Source: Myxococcota bacterium (lineage in GTDB: Bacteria; Myxococcota_A; UBA796; UBA2385). Taken from it: 64,000 nucleotides of DNA. Made by a program: the position numbers and the translations under genes. Shown here piece after piece: positions 1 to 10,166 of this stretch. The notes under the pieces are model-generated. The model did not search any database, was not told the origin of the DNA, and saw nothing but the letters and a program-made list of their open reading frames with translations. The DNA is taken from assembly GCA_044344255.1 (NCBI GenBank), contig JBIJDH010000021.1, forward strand, positions 64,001-128,000. The letters run 5' to 3'. How positions within the stretch are numbered: position 1 is the stretch's first letter; every line of letters begins with the position of its first letter.

Positions 1-1941
1 ACCACCGCGGGCGCGGCGGCGACCTCGAACACGGTGACGATCTCCAACACCCCGCCGGTGGTGGCGAGCGCCTTGCTCACGCCGACCACGGCCTATGAGT
101 CGGACACGCTCACCTGCACGCCGGGGACGACGACCGACGCCGACGGCACGACGAGCTTCACCTACACCTACGCCTGGACCGTGAACGGCGCCGCCATCGC
201 GCCGACCTCGAGCACCCTCTCCGGCACCTACTTCTCGGTGGGTCAGGCCGTGGTCTGCGCGGTCACGGCCTCGGATGGCACCACGGCGGGCTCGGCCACC
301 GCCTCGAACACGGTGACGATCTCCAATTCGGCCCCGGTCCTGTCGAGCGTGACCCTCTCGCCGACGACCGCCTATGAGGCAGACACGCTCACCTGCACCC
401 CGGGGGCGACGACCGACGCCGACGGCACGACGAGCTTCACCTACAGCTATGTCTGGGTGGTCAACGGCTCCACCATCGCGCCGACCTCGAGCACGCTGTC
501 GGGCACCTACTTCTCGGTCGGTCAGTCGGTCTATTGCCGGGCGACCCCGAGCGACGGCACGAGCGCCGGCGCCTCGGCGAGCTCGAACACGGTGACCATC
601 TCGAACACGCCGCCGGTGCTGGCGAGCGTGTCGGTGTCGCCCTCGACGGCCTACGAGTCGAGCACGCTCACCTGCACGCCGGGCACCACGACCGACGCCG
701 ACGGCACGACCAGCTTCACCTACTCCTACGCCTGGTACGTGAACGCGAGCCTGATCGCGCCCACCACGAGCACGCTGACCGGCACCTACTTCTCCAAGGG
801 CAACACCGTCTACTGCAAGGCGACCCCGAACGACGGCACGAGCGCGGGCTCGGCGGCCACCGCCTCATCGGTGACGATCAGCAACACGGCGCCGGTGATG
901 TCGAGCGCCTCGCTCACGCCCACCACCGCCTATGAGAGCTCAACCTTGACCTGCAGCCCCTCGGCCTCGGACGCCGACGGCGACACGGTCACCTACAGCT
1001 ACGCCTGGTACAAGAACAGCTCGCTCATCGCGGCCACCTCGGCGACCTTGACCGGCAGCTCCTTCTCGAAGGGGGACACGGTCTACTGCCGGGTGACCCC
1101 GACCGACGGGACGACGGCGGGCAGCGCCTCCTCGTCGAGCACGGTGACGATCAGCAACACCGCCCCCACTGCCCCCGTGATCGCCATCGACCCGACGAGC
1201 CCGGAGGCGAGCGTCGATGATCTGTTCTGTGACCTCAACACGGCCTCGACGGACGCCGATGGGGACACGATCACCTACACCTTCACCTGGACGAAGAACG
1301 GCACCGCGGTCGCCTCTTCGGTGCCCTACAACAGCCTCTACATCGATGACGCCGTCTACTCGACCTCGCTCACGTCGGGTGAGGTCTGGATCTGCAAGGT
1401 GACCGCCTCGGACGGGACAGCCTCGTCGAGCACGGTGAGCTCGAGCTCGGTGACCGTGCTCAGCGCGTCCTACACGATCGGCTACTACACGGTCTTCACG
1501 ACGCCGGGCACGGGCTCCGCGGCGGGCGGCTACAGCCTGGGCCACACGATCACGGTCTCCAGCACGGTGAGCCTCTATCAGCTCGGGGAGCGCCTTCGTC
1601 TCGCCGACTCGGACTCGATCCGACTGGCGCTCTATACCAATTCGGGAGGCCAGCCCGGCACCCTCGTCGCCTATACAGCCCTCACCTCACTCAGCAGCTA
1701 CGCTGCAGGTTCAGCGGTGGACCTGGACGTGGTCGGCGGCCCGATCACGGTCACGGCAGGGACCTACTGGCTCATGCATAACCTCAGCGGCACCGCCTAC
1801 ATGGGCTACACGACGACGGGGGCCAGCGGGAACACCATCTACTACAACGCCCTGAGCTCCTCCTCGGCCTTCCCCACCTCCTGGGGTAGTGGTTCGACCT
1901 ACACCGGTCAGTTCATGAATACGTATATGGTTGTCCGGTAG
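1..1941 (+). CDS. Large Ser/Thr-rich surface protein with tandem ~92-aa Ig-like repeats (5' end outside window)
   Basis: Open from base 1. Repeated unit SNTPPV..V.L.PTTAYE..TLTC.P..TDADG..Y.Y.W..NG..TL.G.YFS.G..V.C..T..DGT, followed by a distinct C-terminal domain. Confidence 0.85.
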   Translation, partial: TTAGAAATSNTVTISNTPPVVASALLTPTTAYESDTLTCTPGTTTDADGTTSFTYTYAWTVNGAAIAPTSSTLSGTYFSVGQAVVCAVTASDGTTAGSATASNTVTISNSAPVLSSVTLSPTTAYEADTLTCTPGATTDADGTTSFTYSYVWVVNGSTIAPTSSTLSGTYFSVGQSVYCRATPSDGTSAGASASSNTVTISNTPPVLASVSVSPSTAYESSTLTCTPGTTTDADGTTSFTYSYAWYVNASLIAPTTSTLTGTYFSKGNTVYCKATPNDGTSAGSAATASSVTISNTAPVMSSASLTPTTAYESSTLTCSPSASDADGDTVTYSYAWYKNSSLIAATSATLTGSSFSKGDTVYCRVTPTDGTTAGSASSSSTVTISNTAPTAPVIAIDPTSPEASVDDLFCDLNTASTDADGDTITYTFTWTKNGTAVASSVPYNSLYIDDAVYSTSLTSGEVWICKVTASDGTASSSTVSSSSVTVLSASYTIGYYTVFTTPGTGSAAGGYSLGHTITVSSTVSLYQLGERLRLADSDSIRLALYTNSGGQPGTLVAYTALTSLSSYAAGSAVDLDVVGGPITVTAGTYWLMHNLSGTAYMGYTTTGASGNTIYYNALSSSSAFPTSWGSGSTYTGQFMNTYMVVR

Positions 1942-4900
1942 GGTCGGTGAGGTTGAGGCGGACGGCGGGGTCTCCGAGCACGATGTAGTTGCGCAGGTCC
2001 ACCGAGGCGACCCTCAGGCGCTCGGCTTCGGCGATGAGGGCCTCGAGCTCGACCGCCTCCAGGCCGGCGGTGCGGGCGCGGTGAACGGCCTGCTCGGCGT
2101 CTTGGAGCTCGCTCGAGAGGTGGAGGCGTTGGCGGGTGAGGGCGTCTACCGCCGTGCCGAGGCGGTGGCCTCCGGCGAGCTTCTGCAGCATCTCGCTCCA
2201 CACCTGGGGTAACCAAGGGCGCGCGCCGTCCACGAGCACGGTCCAGGCGACATCGACCTTCCCCACCACCGCGAGGGCGCCCCCCGCCGGGAGCGAGAGC
2301 AGGCGCTGGGACAGCGGGGACAGGAGGGGGAGCGGGATCGGCGCGCGGTGCCCCGCGGCGAATTCCGGGAGGGTGGTGAAGTCGAATTCGGGCTCCGCCG
2401 GCGTGCCTGCGGTGTGGTCACCGAGCAGGAAGACGATGGAGCCGCTGAGCGAGGCCTCGGGGAGGAGGTCGGCCTCGCAGAAGCGGCGGCCCGGGCGGAG
2501 GGTGAGGTCTCCGCGGTGGCCCGGGCCCTGGTGGTCGGCGTCCCCGGCGGCTGGACCTGCGTAGAGGAAGAGGGCGGGGGTCTCGGCGCCGCCCAGCGCG
2601 GCGGTGAGCTGCCGGTCGCCCGCGCCGCCGGGGGCGGCGGCCGGCTGCTCCACCCGCCAGTCGGGGTGCTCGGCCAGGAAGGACCGCCCGACGGGGTTGA
2701 GGAGGCGGCTGTGGAGGGCCTCACGGAGGAGCTCAGGCTCCGCCGGGCCGGTGAGGGTGAGGTGGCGGGCGCGGAGGCCCGGCACCCGCTCGGCGGTGGC
2801 GACGGACTGGGCGTAGTGTGCGTAGTCCACCACCTCGTCGAAGCAGATGCGCCCGACCGCGAAGAGGCGATCGAGGGCGAACTGGATCTCGAAGGGGATC
2901 TCTTCGGGAGAGCCCACCAGGAGCAGGTAGTGGGGGAGGTGGGGCGGGCGACGCATCCCGGGCACGATGGACAAGCGGCGGAGCAGGGCCTCCGGGCTCT
3001 CCCCCTGGTATCCGTCCTCGCCCGTGAACAGTCGGACCCGTCCGCGCGCGTCGTCTCGCCTGTGCTCAATCAGGGGGTGGAGCGCGCGGAGGATGGCCTC
3101 GTCGGCCCCCCGGACCGTCATCAGGCCCCAGCCCACCTCGGCGGGGGACTGCTGGGCGAGGAGCATGCTCCCCGCGCTGCCCGGTCGACGGGGCAGGGCG
3201 TCGCGACCGGCGGTGATGCGGTCCCAGTGGCGACGGGCGTCCCCGAGGGTGTTGTCGAGCTCGGGGAGGTTGCGGATGCTGCGGATGATCGGCCCGGCGC
3301 CGCCGAACTGGAAGAACTGGTGTTCGACGGGCGGGGAGTTGAAGGTGGCGTCGACCCCGCTCCGCTCATTGGCGCCGAGGGCGTGCATGAGGATGAAGGT
3401 GGAGCGGACCCCGTCTCGGAAGCGGCGGGCCCCCGGGGCGCGGGAGACCCGATCCGCCAGCCCTGCGGTGAAGCCCTCGGGGGCCTCGGGGCGCCGCGGC
3501 GTGGGCGGCGGCAGCGGGTTCGACGCGATGACCATGGCGGCCCGCTCCCGGAGGAGCACCTGATGCGGCACGATGTTGGCGATGCCCCCATCGACGAAGC
3601 GGCGCCCGAGCAGCTCGGCGGTGGACATGAAGATGGGGAAGGATCCGCTCGCCCGCACCGCCGACTGGATGCTGCCGCGGCGGAAGACATGCTCCTCCCC
3701 CGTCTCGACGTCGGTGGCCACCGGGAAGAAGAGGGTCTCCTGATCCTCCAGGAGGTAGGTGAGCTCGCCCTTGTAGGCGGAGCGCTGCAGCCCGAGGAGG
3801 CGGAGGGCCTTCTTCGGGCTCAGCCCGAGCGGGAGGTGTTGGACGTCTCCGCTGAGGAGGCGGTTGAGGTCATCAGGCTCCCCGAGCTCGCCGAGGAGGG
3901 GCAGGGTCAACGTGAGGAAGGCCGACAGGAGGCGCGTGGAGGCCATCGACGCGGAGGCTGAGACCCCGAAGACCGAGCCCAACCGACAGAGGGTGGCGAG
4001 GCCGTCGAGGCCGTTGACCGCATAGAAGGCCCCCACCACCGCGCCGAAGCTCGAGCCGCTCACGAGGTCGATGGGGATGCCCCGGCGGTGGAGCTCGGCG
4101 ATGAGGGCCACGTGCGCGTAGCCGAAGGCCCCGCCGCCTCCGAGCGCGATGCCCACTCGCCGATCGGTGACGGCGCGACCCCAGCGTCGGAGGCGCTCCT
4201 GGTCGGCGGGGTCGAGGGACGCCCCCTCTCCGATCGCCGCGAGCCGGGCGGCGGGGATGCGCAGCCGGACAACGCCGCCAGGGTCCTCCGTCCCTGCGGG
4301 GAGGCCGCGGCTCCGCGGCAGCAGGACGGTGGTGACGAGGCTGCAGTCGCTCGGGAGATCGAGGTCGTGCGCCTCGAGGACGCCCCGGGTGAGGTGCACC
4401 ACCTTCTCGGCCAGGGGCGCGAGGCAGCGGGCGGCCTCGGCGGCCCCCGGCTCGGGCACCAGCAGGACCAGCGCGTAGCGAGCGTTCCACCCGTCGAAGA
4501 GCCCGGAGAGCTTCGCCCGCAGGGCCAGGATCTGCTGTCTGTCCAGCGAGGCGAAGGGCGGCAGGCGGAGCCGGAGCCGGTGTTCGTCGGCCTCCGAGGC
4601 GCTGACCTCGATCGGCCCCGGTGAGAGGGCGAGCGCGACGGAGAGCACCCGGTCGTTGAACTCCGCGGCGATAGCGAGGGCGAGGTGGCGGCCCAGGGCG
4701 GGCAGCGCGCGCTCGATGGCGCGGTCGCGGCTGTAGAGGAGGCAGATCTCCGCGCCCCCGGCCCGATCGAAGAGGCCGGTGGCGGGGCCCGGCGGGATCA
4801 CCCGGCGGTTGGAGGAGCAGCAGTCGAGGAAGCTCTGGAAGTCCTCCCGGGTCACGCGCAGGAGCCAGGTGGCGACCCGCGCTTCGAGGGAGGCTGTGGC

Positions 4901-6331
4901 GCGTTGATCGGAGAAGAACTCGACGAGGCCGAGGGGGGCGCCGTCGGGCACGCGGCTCGGCAGGCGGTGCTCGGCGACGCGGGGCCAGGCCCAGAGCTCG
5001 CCGCGTAAGGGGACGAAGAACTCCCCCTCGGGGATGGAGAAGGCGGTGCTGGGCGGCACCTGGATGAGGGTGCCGAAGTCAGGCAGCCGCCGCAGGTCGT
5101 GGATCGGGATGTCGCGGAGCGTGGGCGCGGCGCGGAGGCCGAGGGCGACGCAGTCCCGGCTGCGGTCGAGCATCGCCGCCTCCATCGACACCCAGCCGAG
5201 GACCTGACGGAGGGTCCAGTCCCGCTCGGTGACCCGCACGCTCACCGCCTCGACGGCCGAGGTGGCGACGGCGGAGTGATAGCTGCGCACCACGTCGGGG
5301 TGTCGCGCCCGGGCCCGCTCTGAGATGAAGCTCGCCCCCCCGAAGGTGGTCCCTGCGCCGCGCTCTCCACCTCGGTCGGGGCCGCGCACGTCCTCGAGGC
5401 GCACATGGCCGCTGCGGATGAACCAGAGGCAGTCCTGGTGCTCCGGAGCCCCGAGGTCGATCTGCGCGCCTTGCGGGAGGGAGGTCGATCGAAGCTGCGC
5501 GTCGAGGGGGGAGCCCTCGATCAACAGGGTGGACAGACGGCGGCTGAGCAGCCGGTCTCCTTGCCCCACCCGGCCTCCGGGCGGCGCCGGGCAGCGTGCC
5601 AGGCCGCGGGTGATCGCCGCCCGCCGCAGCACGAGCAGGGTGGCGCTGGTGGGGGTGGTCCAGGTGCGGAGCGGCGGCGAGGGGTGAAAGAAGTCGGCCC
5701 CGTTGATGCACGTCCAGCGGTGGAGCTGGGGCCGCTCGGCCCGCTCTTGGAGCTCGCCGGAGATGAAGATCATCAGTGGATCGTCGGGGTCAGCGTCTCG
5801 CCCCCCGGAGGCCTCGTGCGCGCCCCAGTCCATGGTACGGAGCTCCGCCTCCCGGGTGAGCTCGAGGAGCCCCGTCCAGGACAGGCCCTCGAGGCCAGGG
5901 AGGGCTTGGAGCAGGCGGAGGACGCGGAGCGCGGTGACCTCGTGGATGAGGGCGTCTCTGGCGTCGATCGTGGCGTGCAGCAGCCGGGGATCGCAGCGCG
6001 CGGGATCGACCTGGAGCTGGACCAGGCGCGCCCCGCCGCTGCCGGCCCGCGCGAAGACCGCGACGCCCTGGAGCTCGGGCCAGCGCTGCCGGTCGAGGTC
6101 GGTGATGAGGCGGGTGCCGCCGATGATGCTGCCCGGGCCCCGCGCTCCGGGGATGGCCCCGCCGAAGGGCGCCCGAATGAAGACCTCGACCTCGCCCTCG
6201 AGGAGCAGCAGGGCGGGAGAGGGCTCCTTGAAGAACAGGAGCTCCTCGTGAGGGGCCGCGAGACGGTCCACTCGGGCGAGCTCGGGGAGCTCCTTCCACG
6301 ACAGGGGCCAGGACGACGAATCGACGTTCAT
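1913..6331 (-). CDS. Multi cNMP-binding-domain patatin-like phospholipase (NTE-like) with C-terminal peptidase C25/caspase-fold-like domain
   Basis: Patatin motifs GGGGAFG, GSSFG (GxSxG) and DGG. N-terminal cNMP-like repeats (LLLLEGEVEV..GPGSIIG; WFIRSGHVRL..GAGTTFG). C-terminal YLLLVGSPEEIPF..AVGRICFD..YIVLGDP. Start placed at ATG 6331 because the upstream ORF extension overlaps a real + strand gene. Confidence 0.8.
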   Translation of the reverse strand: MNVDSSSWPLSWKELPELARVDRLAAPHEELLFFKEPSPALLLLEGEVEVFIRAPFGGAIPGARGPGSIIGGTRLITDLDRQRWPELQGVAVFARAGSGGARLVQLQVDPARCDPRLLHATIDARDALIHEVTALRVLRLLQALPGLEGLSWTGLLELTREAELRTMDWGAHEASGGRDADPDDPLMIFISGELQERAERPQLHRWTCINGADFFHPSPPLRTWTTPTSATLLVLRRAAITRGLARCPAPPGGRVGQGDRLLSRRLSTLLIEGSPLDAQLRSTSLPQGAQIDLGAPEHQDCLWFIRSGHVRLEDVRGPDRGGERGAGTTFGGASFISERARARHPDVVRSYHSAVATSAVEAVSVRVTERDWTLRQVLGWVSMEAAMLDRSRDCVALGLRAAPTLRDIPIHDLRRLPDFGTLIQVPPSTAFSIPEGEFFVPLRGELWAWPRVAEHRLPSRVPDGAPLGLVEFFSDQRATASLEARVATWLLRVTREDFQSFLDCCSSNRRVIPPGPATGLFDRAGGAEICLLYSRDRAIERALPALGRHLALAIAAEFNDRVLSVALALSPGPIEVSASEADEHRLRLRLPPFASLDRQQILALRAKLSGLFDGWNARYALVLLVPEPGAAEAARCLAPLAEKVVHLTRGVLEAHDLDLPSDCSLVTTVLLPRSRGLPAGTEDPGGVVRLRIPAARLAAIGEGASLDPADQERLRRWGRAVTDRRVGIALGGGGAFGYAHVALIAELHRRGIPIDLVSGSSFGAVVGAFYAVNGLDGLATLCRLGSVFGVSASASMASTRLLSAFLTLTLPLLGELGEPDDLNRLLSGDVQHLPLGLSPKKALRLLGLQRSAYKGELTYLLEDQETLFFPVATDVETGEEHVFRRGSIQSAVRASGSFPIFMSTAELLGRRFVDGGIANIVPHQVLLRERAAMVIASNPLPPPTPRRPEAPEGFTAGLADRVSRAPGARRFRDGVRSTFILMHALGANERSGVDATFNSPPVEHQFFQFGGAGPIIRSIRNLPELDNTLGDARRHWDRITAGRDALPRRPGSAGSMLLAQQSPAEVGWGLMTVRGADEAILRALHPLIEHRRDDARGRVRLFTGEDGYQGESPEALLRRLSIVPGMRRPPHLPHYLLLVGSPEEIPFEIQFALDRLFAVGRICFDEVVDYAHYAQSVATAERVPGLRARHLTLTGPAEPELLREALHSRLLNPVGRSFLAEHPDWRVEQPAAAPGGAGDRQLTAALGGAETPALFLYAGPAAGDADHQGPGHRGDLTLRPGRRFCEADLLPEASLSGSIVFLLGDHTAGTPAEPEFDFTTLPEFAAGHRAPIPLPLLSPLSQRLLSLPAGGALAVVGKVDVAWTVLVDGARPWLPQVWSEMLQKLAGGHRLGTAVDALTRQRLHLSSELQDAEQAVHRARTAGLEAVELEALIAEAERLRVASVDLRNYIVLGDPAVRLNLTDPTGQPYTYS

Positions 6332-6433
6332 CACCCTTGGGTATCTCGTCTCGACCGAGAGGGTGCGCGGTGGGCTCCGGCGCGGCTCGGACCGGGGGCG
6401 CCGAGACGGGATAAGGGCCGCGCTGGAGCGTCC

Positions 6434-7255
6434 ATGCCAAGCACCCCTCTCCACCAGAGCCCCGCTGCTGCCCGCCACTTCGGCCTGGAGGTCGGCGCGC
6501 GCGCCTGCCCCCTCGCCCTCCTCCTGGTCGGCCTCCCGGGCTGCGCGCCCGATCCCTCGGGCATCTGGTTCATCACCACCGCCTTTCAGGATGAAGAGCC
6601 GGTCTGCACGACGGAGCTGAGCGAGAACTTCACCCTCGCCTATCCGCCCGCGCCGGTGGCCGAGGTCGTGGAGTGGCTCTCCTCGGAGAGCCGGGATGGC
6701 AACGACACGCTGTCCTTCTTTCAGATCGAGACCACCGCCGAGGGCGAGGCGGTGCTGCTCATCGGCAACGCGACCTACCCGGGGGAGGGCTCGGAGGACG
6801 CCTGGACCTTCACCTGGGACGACTCCGATCGCTCCTCCACCAGCGATGACCACATCTCCGGCTACTTCTTCGCCGCCGACGCCCAGACCTCCTCGGAGAC
6901 GTTGCTCACCTTCACCTTTGGTGATGACGACGATCACGCCTCCGGCAAGGTGACCCTCGAGACCTCCGCGGTGAGCACCTGGCAGGAGTCCGACACCTGG
7001 ACAGAGGATGTGTCCACGGCGCTCGGCTCGACGTTTGGTCAGATCCCCGCGGGCACTTACCTCGTGACCGAGGACGCTGCGCTCGGCACCGAGGTGCCGG
7101 CGGCCAATGACTACCTCCTCGACGACTGCGACGGCGACTACTGTCAGATGGGCACCCAGACGAGCTGCAGCTCGAGCCAGTCCTACACCGCGGTCCTCAC
7201 CGACTACGAGGACGAGAGCGCCTATCTGTACTTGCAGAGCGCGGGACAGCTCTGA
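6434..7255 (+). CDS. Hypothetical acidic lipoprotein
   Basis: Hydrophobic stretch with lipobox-like LPGC; native codon usage in the 3' part of ORF 5405..7255; start uncertain. Confidence 0.7.
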   Translation: MPSTPLHQSPAAARHFGLEVGARACPLALLLVGLPGCAPDPSGIWFITTAFQDEEPVCTTELSENFTLAYPPAPVAEVVEWLSSESRDGNDTLSFFQIETTAEGEAVLLIGNATYPGEGSEDAWTFTWDDSDRSSTSDDHISGYFFAADAQTSSETLLTFTFGDDDDHASGKVTLETSAVSTWQESDTWTEDVSTALGSTFGQIPAGTYLVTEDAALGTEVPAANDYLLDDCDGDYCQMGTQTSCSSSQSYTAVLTDYEDESAYLYLQSAGQL

Positions 7256-7307
7256 ACCTGGGCCCTGGGACCGCCGCGCGAACAGACCCCGCCCCGGAGT
7301 GGAACGG

Positions 7308-8417
7308 ATGACCTTCGAAGACCTCAAGCTCATCCCGCCGCTCCGCCTCGCCCTCGCCGACGCGGGCTACCCCGCTCCCACGCCGATCCAGGTGGCGGCC
7401 ATCCCGGCGCTCCTGGCGGGGCGAGATCTGCTCGGCACCGCGCAGACCGGCACCGGCAAGACCGCCGCCTTCGCCCTGCCGATCCTCCAGCACCTCACCA
7501 CCACCCTGCGCACCGGAGAGGTGCGCGCGCTGGTGCTGGCGCCGACGCGGGAGCTCGCCACGCAGCTCGGCGAGTCCTTCGCCGCCTATGGTGCGCACCT
7601 CCCCGATCTGCACTGCACCGTCGTCTTCGGCGGGATGGGCATGCGGGCGCAGCGGCGGGCCATCGAGGCGGGCCTCGACATCCTCGTCGCCACCCCGGGC
7701 CGGCTGCTCGACCTCGCCGGCCAAGGGGCGGTCCGCCTCGACTCCGTCGAGCACCTCGTGCTGGATGAGGCCGATCGTATGCTCGACCTCGGCTTCTTCG
7801 AGGCGGTGCGCTCGATCGTCAAGCGCCTCCCGAAGCGGAGGCAGAACGTCCTGTTCTCCGCCACGATGCCCCCAGAGATCGAGCGGCTCGCCAGTCAGAT
7901 CCTCCGCAACCCCCTTCGGGTCCAGGTGGCCCCGGCGGCGGCGGTGGCCGATCAGATTGAGCAGTACGTGATCTTCGTCGAGAAGCCACACAAGCGCGCC
8001 GCCCTCTCGCGGGTGCTCGCTGACCCCCGGGTCAGGTCGGCGATCGTCTTCGTGCGCACCAAGCACGCCGCCGACCGCCTCGGCGCCTCGCTGCGGGCCG
8101 CGGGGGTCGGCAACGGGGTCCTCCACGGCGACAAGCTCCAGCCCGAGCGCGAGCGGGCGCTCTCCGACTTCACGCGGGGCTTCACGCGGGTGCTCGTGGC
8201 CACCGATGTCGCCGCGCGCGGGATCGACATCGAGCGGGTCTCCCACGTCATCAACCTCGACATCCCCGCCGTGGCCGAGAGCTACGTGCACCGCATCGGG
8301 CGCACGGCCCGCGCCGGGGAGTCCGGGGTGGCGATCTCGCTCTGCGCCAGCGAGGAGCGTGCCTTCCTCGCGGCGATCGAGCGCCTGACCGGCCAGCCGC
8401 TCACCCCGCTTCGCTGA
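7308..8417 (+). CDS. DEAD-box RNA helicase (RhlE-like core, no long C-terminal tail)
   Basis: Q motif PTPIQ, AQTGTGKT, PTRELA, TPGRL, DEAD, SAT, ARGID, HRIGRTAR. Confidence 0.95.
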   Translation: MTFEDLKLIPPLRLALADAGYPAPTPIQVAAIPALLAGRDLLGTAQTGTGKTAAFALPILQHLTTTLRTGEVRALVLAPTRELATQLGESFAAYGAHLPDLHCTVVFGGMGMRAQRRAIEAGLDILVATPGRLLDLAGQGAVRLDSVEHLVLDEADRMLDLGFFEAVRSIVKRLPKRRQNVLFSATMPPEIERLASQILRNPLRVQVAPAAAVADQIEQYVIFVEKPHKRAALSRVLADPRVRSAIVFVRTKHAADRLGASLRAAGVGNGVLHGDKLQPERERALSDFTRGFTRVLVATDVAARGIDIERVSHVINLDIPAVAESYVHRIGRTARAGESGVAISLCASEERAFLAAIERLTGQPLTPLR

Positions 8418-8466
8418 GGAGGGACCCCGCTTCGCTCAGAAGGGGGCAGAGGGCAGGCGGCCGGGC

Positions 8467-8994
8467 CTACTTCCCGACGCCCAACCTGTGCTTCAGCTCG
8501 TCGAGGGTGGTGACGGCCGCGGCCTTCACGCGCGAGACCACCATCGCCTTCGGCACCGGGATCTTCGGGATGGCGAGGATGCGCAGCGTGATGCGGGTGC
8601 CGCCCTCGACAGGCTGAACCTCCCAGTCGACGCTGTTCTTCTCGAAGTCGTCGCTGGAGATGAGCCGCTCGGACCAGCCGGTGGCGGTGGGGCAGCGGAT
8701 CGAGTCGTACTCCATCGGCGAGAGGAGGCCCTTGACCTGGACCTTCACCCGCTCGCAGTTGCCGCTCGGCGTGGCCTTCACCGAGATGACCTCGGAGCTG
8801 AGCGTCACGGCGTCCGAGGCGTGGCAGAGCTGGGCTCGCACGGCGTCGGCGCCCGCCGTCACGGTGATCTGCTTGGTGACCACCCCGGAGTCAGCGGCGG
8901 TGGGCATGGGCTCGAGCGCGAAGGCGGCGCCGGGGAGCGCGGCCAGGCAGAGCAGGGCGACCGGGCGGAGCGGGGACACGAGGTGCTGGCGCAT
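8467..8994 (-). CDS. Secreted SRPBCC/START-fold protein
   Basis: Signal peptide ending AFA; SRPBCC-like C-terminal pattern W.VQPVEGGTRITL followed by a helix; GGAGG RBS. Confidence 0.65.
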   Translation of the reverse strand: MRQHLVSPLRPVALLCLAALPGAAFALEPMPTAADSGVVTKQITVTAGADAVRAQLCHASDAVTLSSEVISVKATPSGNCERVKVQVKGLLSPMEYDSIRCPTATGWSERLISSDDFEKNSVDWEVQPVEGGTRITLRILAIPKIPVPKAMVVSRVKAAAVTTLDELKHRLGVGK

Positions 8995-9113
8995 GGAGCC
9001 TCCCAGCCCAGGAATATCGACCGCAGATCCGAAGCGCTACGCTCTTCCTGCCCACCTGGTCAAATAGTTCGTGACCTTCTGGCGACCGGCGGCTCGGCGG
9101 CTCGGCGGCCCGC

Positions 9114-10166
9114 TCAGGGCGCCGTGAGGGGCACCTCCGTCTGGCTGAGGCTGTTGTCTCCCCAGCAGCGGAGGTAGGAGGTGGGGCCGCCCTCCAGCGG
9201 GGCCTCGAGGGCGCAGGCGTGCTCGGACACCGGGCTCATGTAGAGCGCGGTGAACATGAAGCCAGCGGGGGGCGAGAGCTGGCCCGCGCTGTCGTCGCCC
9301 CAACACTCGACCTGGTCGTCGGTCTTACGAATGCCGCAGGTGAAATTGAGGCCGGCCGCGATGTGACTGAACTGGACGGCGGGGGGGCTCGACTGCCCGA
9401 AGGAGTCGTCTCCCCAACAGAAGATGTTGCCGATCTCTTCGATACCGCAGCTGTGCTGGCCGCCCGACGTCACCTCCACGAATTGAACCGGGGAGGGCGG
9501 GGTGGACTGCCCGGAGGCGTTGTCTCCCCAGCAGGCTGGGCCGCCCGCGCTGTCCAACGCGCAGGTGTGTTGACCGCCGGTGGCCAGGTCTTGCAGGCCG
9601 CCCGCGGCCGGCGCGCTGGCCTGGCCGAAGTCGTCGTTGCCCCAGCAGTAGGTGTTGGTGTCGCCCCCGATGAAGCAGCCGTGCGCCTGTCCGAGGCGGG
9701 GCACCTTGCTCGCGGTCAGGGGCGGCGTGGCGAGGCCGTCGGCGTCGCTGCCCCAGCAGACCACAGAGAGGCTGACCGGGTCGAGGCCGCAGGCGGTGGC
9801 CTCGCTGGCGGTGAGCTCGGCGAAGGCCGCGACGGGGGGGCTGAGCTCGCCGTCGGCGCCGCTGCCCCAGCAGGTGGCGAAGCCTGCGAGGTCGAGGGCG
9901 CAGGTGAAGCCGCCGCCCACCGCGGCGCCGAGCCAGTCTGGGCTGGGGGTGGGCGGAGGGTCACCGGTGTCGCCGGTGTCGGGGGGAGCGGTGTCGGGGG
10001 GAGCGGTGTCGGGCGGGTCGGTGTGGGGGGGGTCGGTGTCGGGGGGGTCGGTGTCGGGGACCCCGCTGTCCGGGCTCCCGCTGTCGGAGGGGGTGGCCCC
10101 GGAGACCGCCGTTCGGCAGTCTTCGTCGCGCAGCACGATGGTGCAGGAGAGGAGCAGGAGCAGCAT
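9114..10166 (-). CDS. RCC1/BLIP-II repeat lipoprotein with PPDT linker
   Basis: MLLLLLSC lipoprotein signal; repeats G..HTCAL...G...CWG.N..GQ; start overlaps the upstream stop (GTGATG). Confidence 0.85.
   Translation of the reverse strand: MLLLLLSCTIVLRDEDCRTAVSGATPSDSGSPDSGVPDTDPPDTDPPHTDPPDTAPPDTAPPDTGDTGDPPPTPSPDWLGAAVGGGFTCALDLAGFATCWGSGADGELSPPVAAFAELTASEATACGLDPVSLSVVCWGSDADGLATPPLTASKVPRLGQAHGCFIGGDTNTYCWGNDDFGQASAPAAGGLQDLATGGQHTCALDSAGGPACWGDNASGQSTPPSPVQFVEVTSGGQHSCGIEEIGNIFCWGDDSFGQSSPPAVQFSHIAAGLNFTCGIRKTDDQVECWGDDSAGQLSPPAGFMFTALYMSPVSEHACALEAPLEGGPTSYLRCWGDNSLSQTEVPLTAP

Noticed and set aside
6332..7333. N-terminal 334-aa extension of the 1806-aa ORF
   Set aside because: Antisense shadow of the + strand lipoprotein and the helicase start.
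8403..8440. 13-bp direct repeat ACCCCGCTTCGCT at the helicase stop
   Set aside because: A short local duplication with no element between the copies; not a supportable target-site duplication or terminator.
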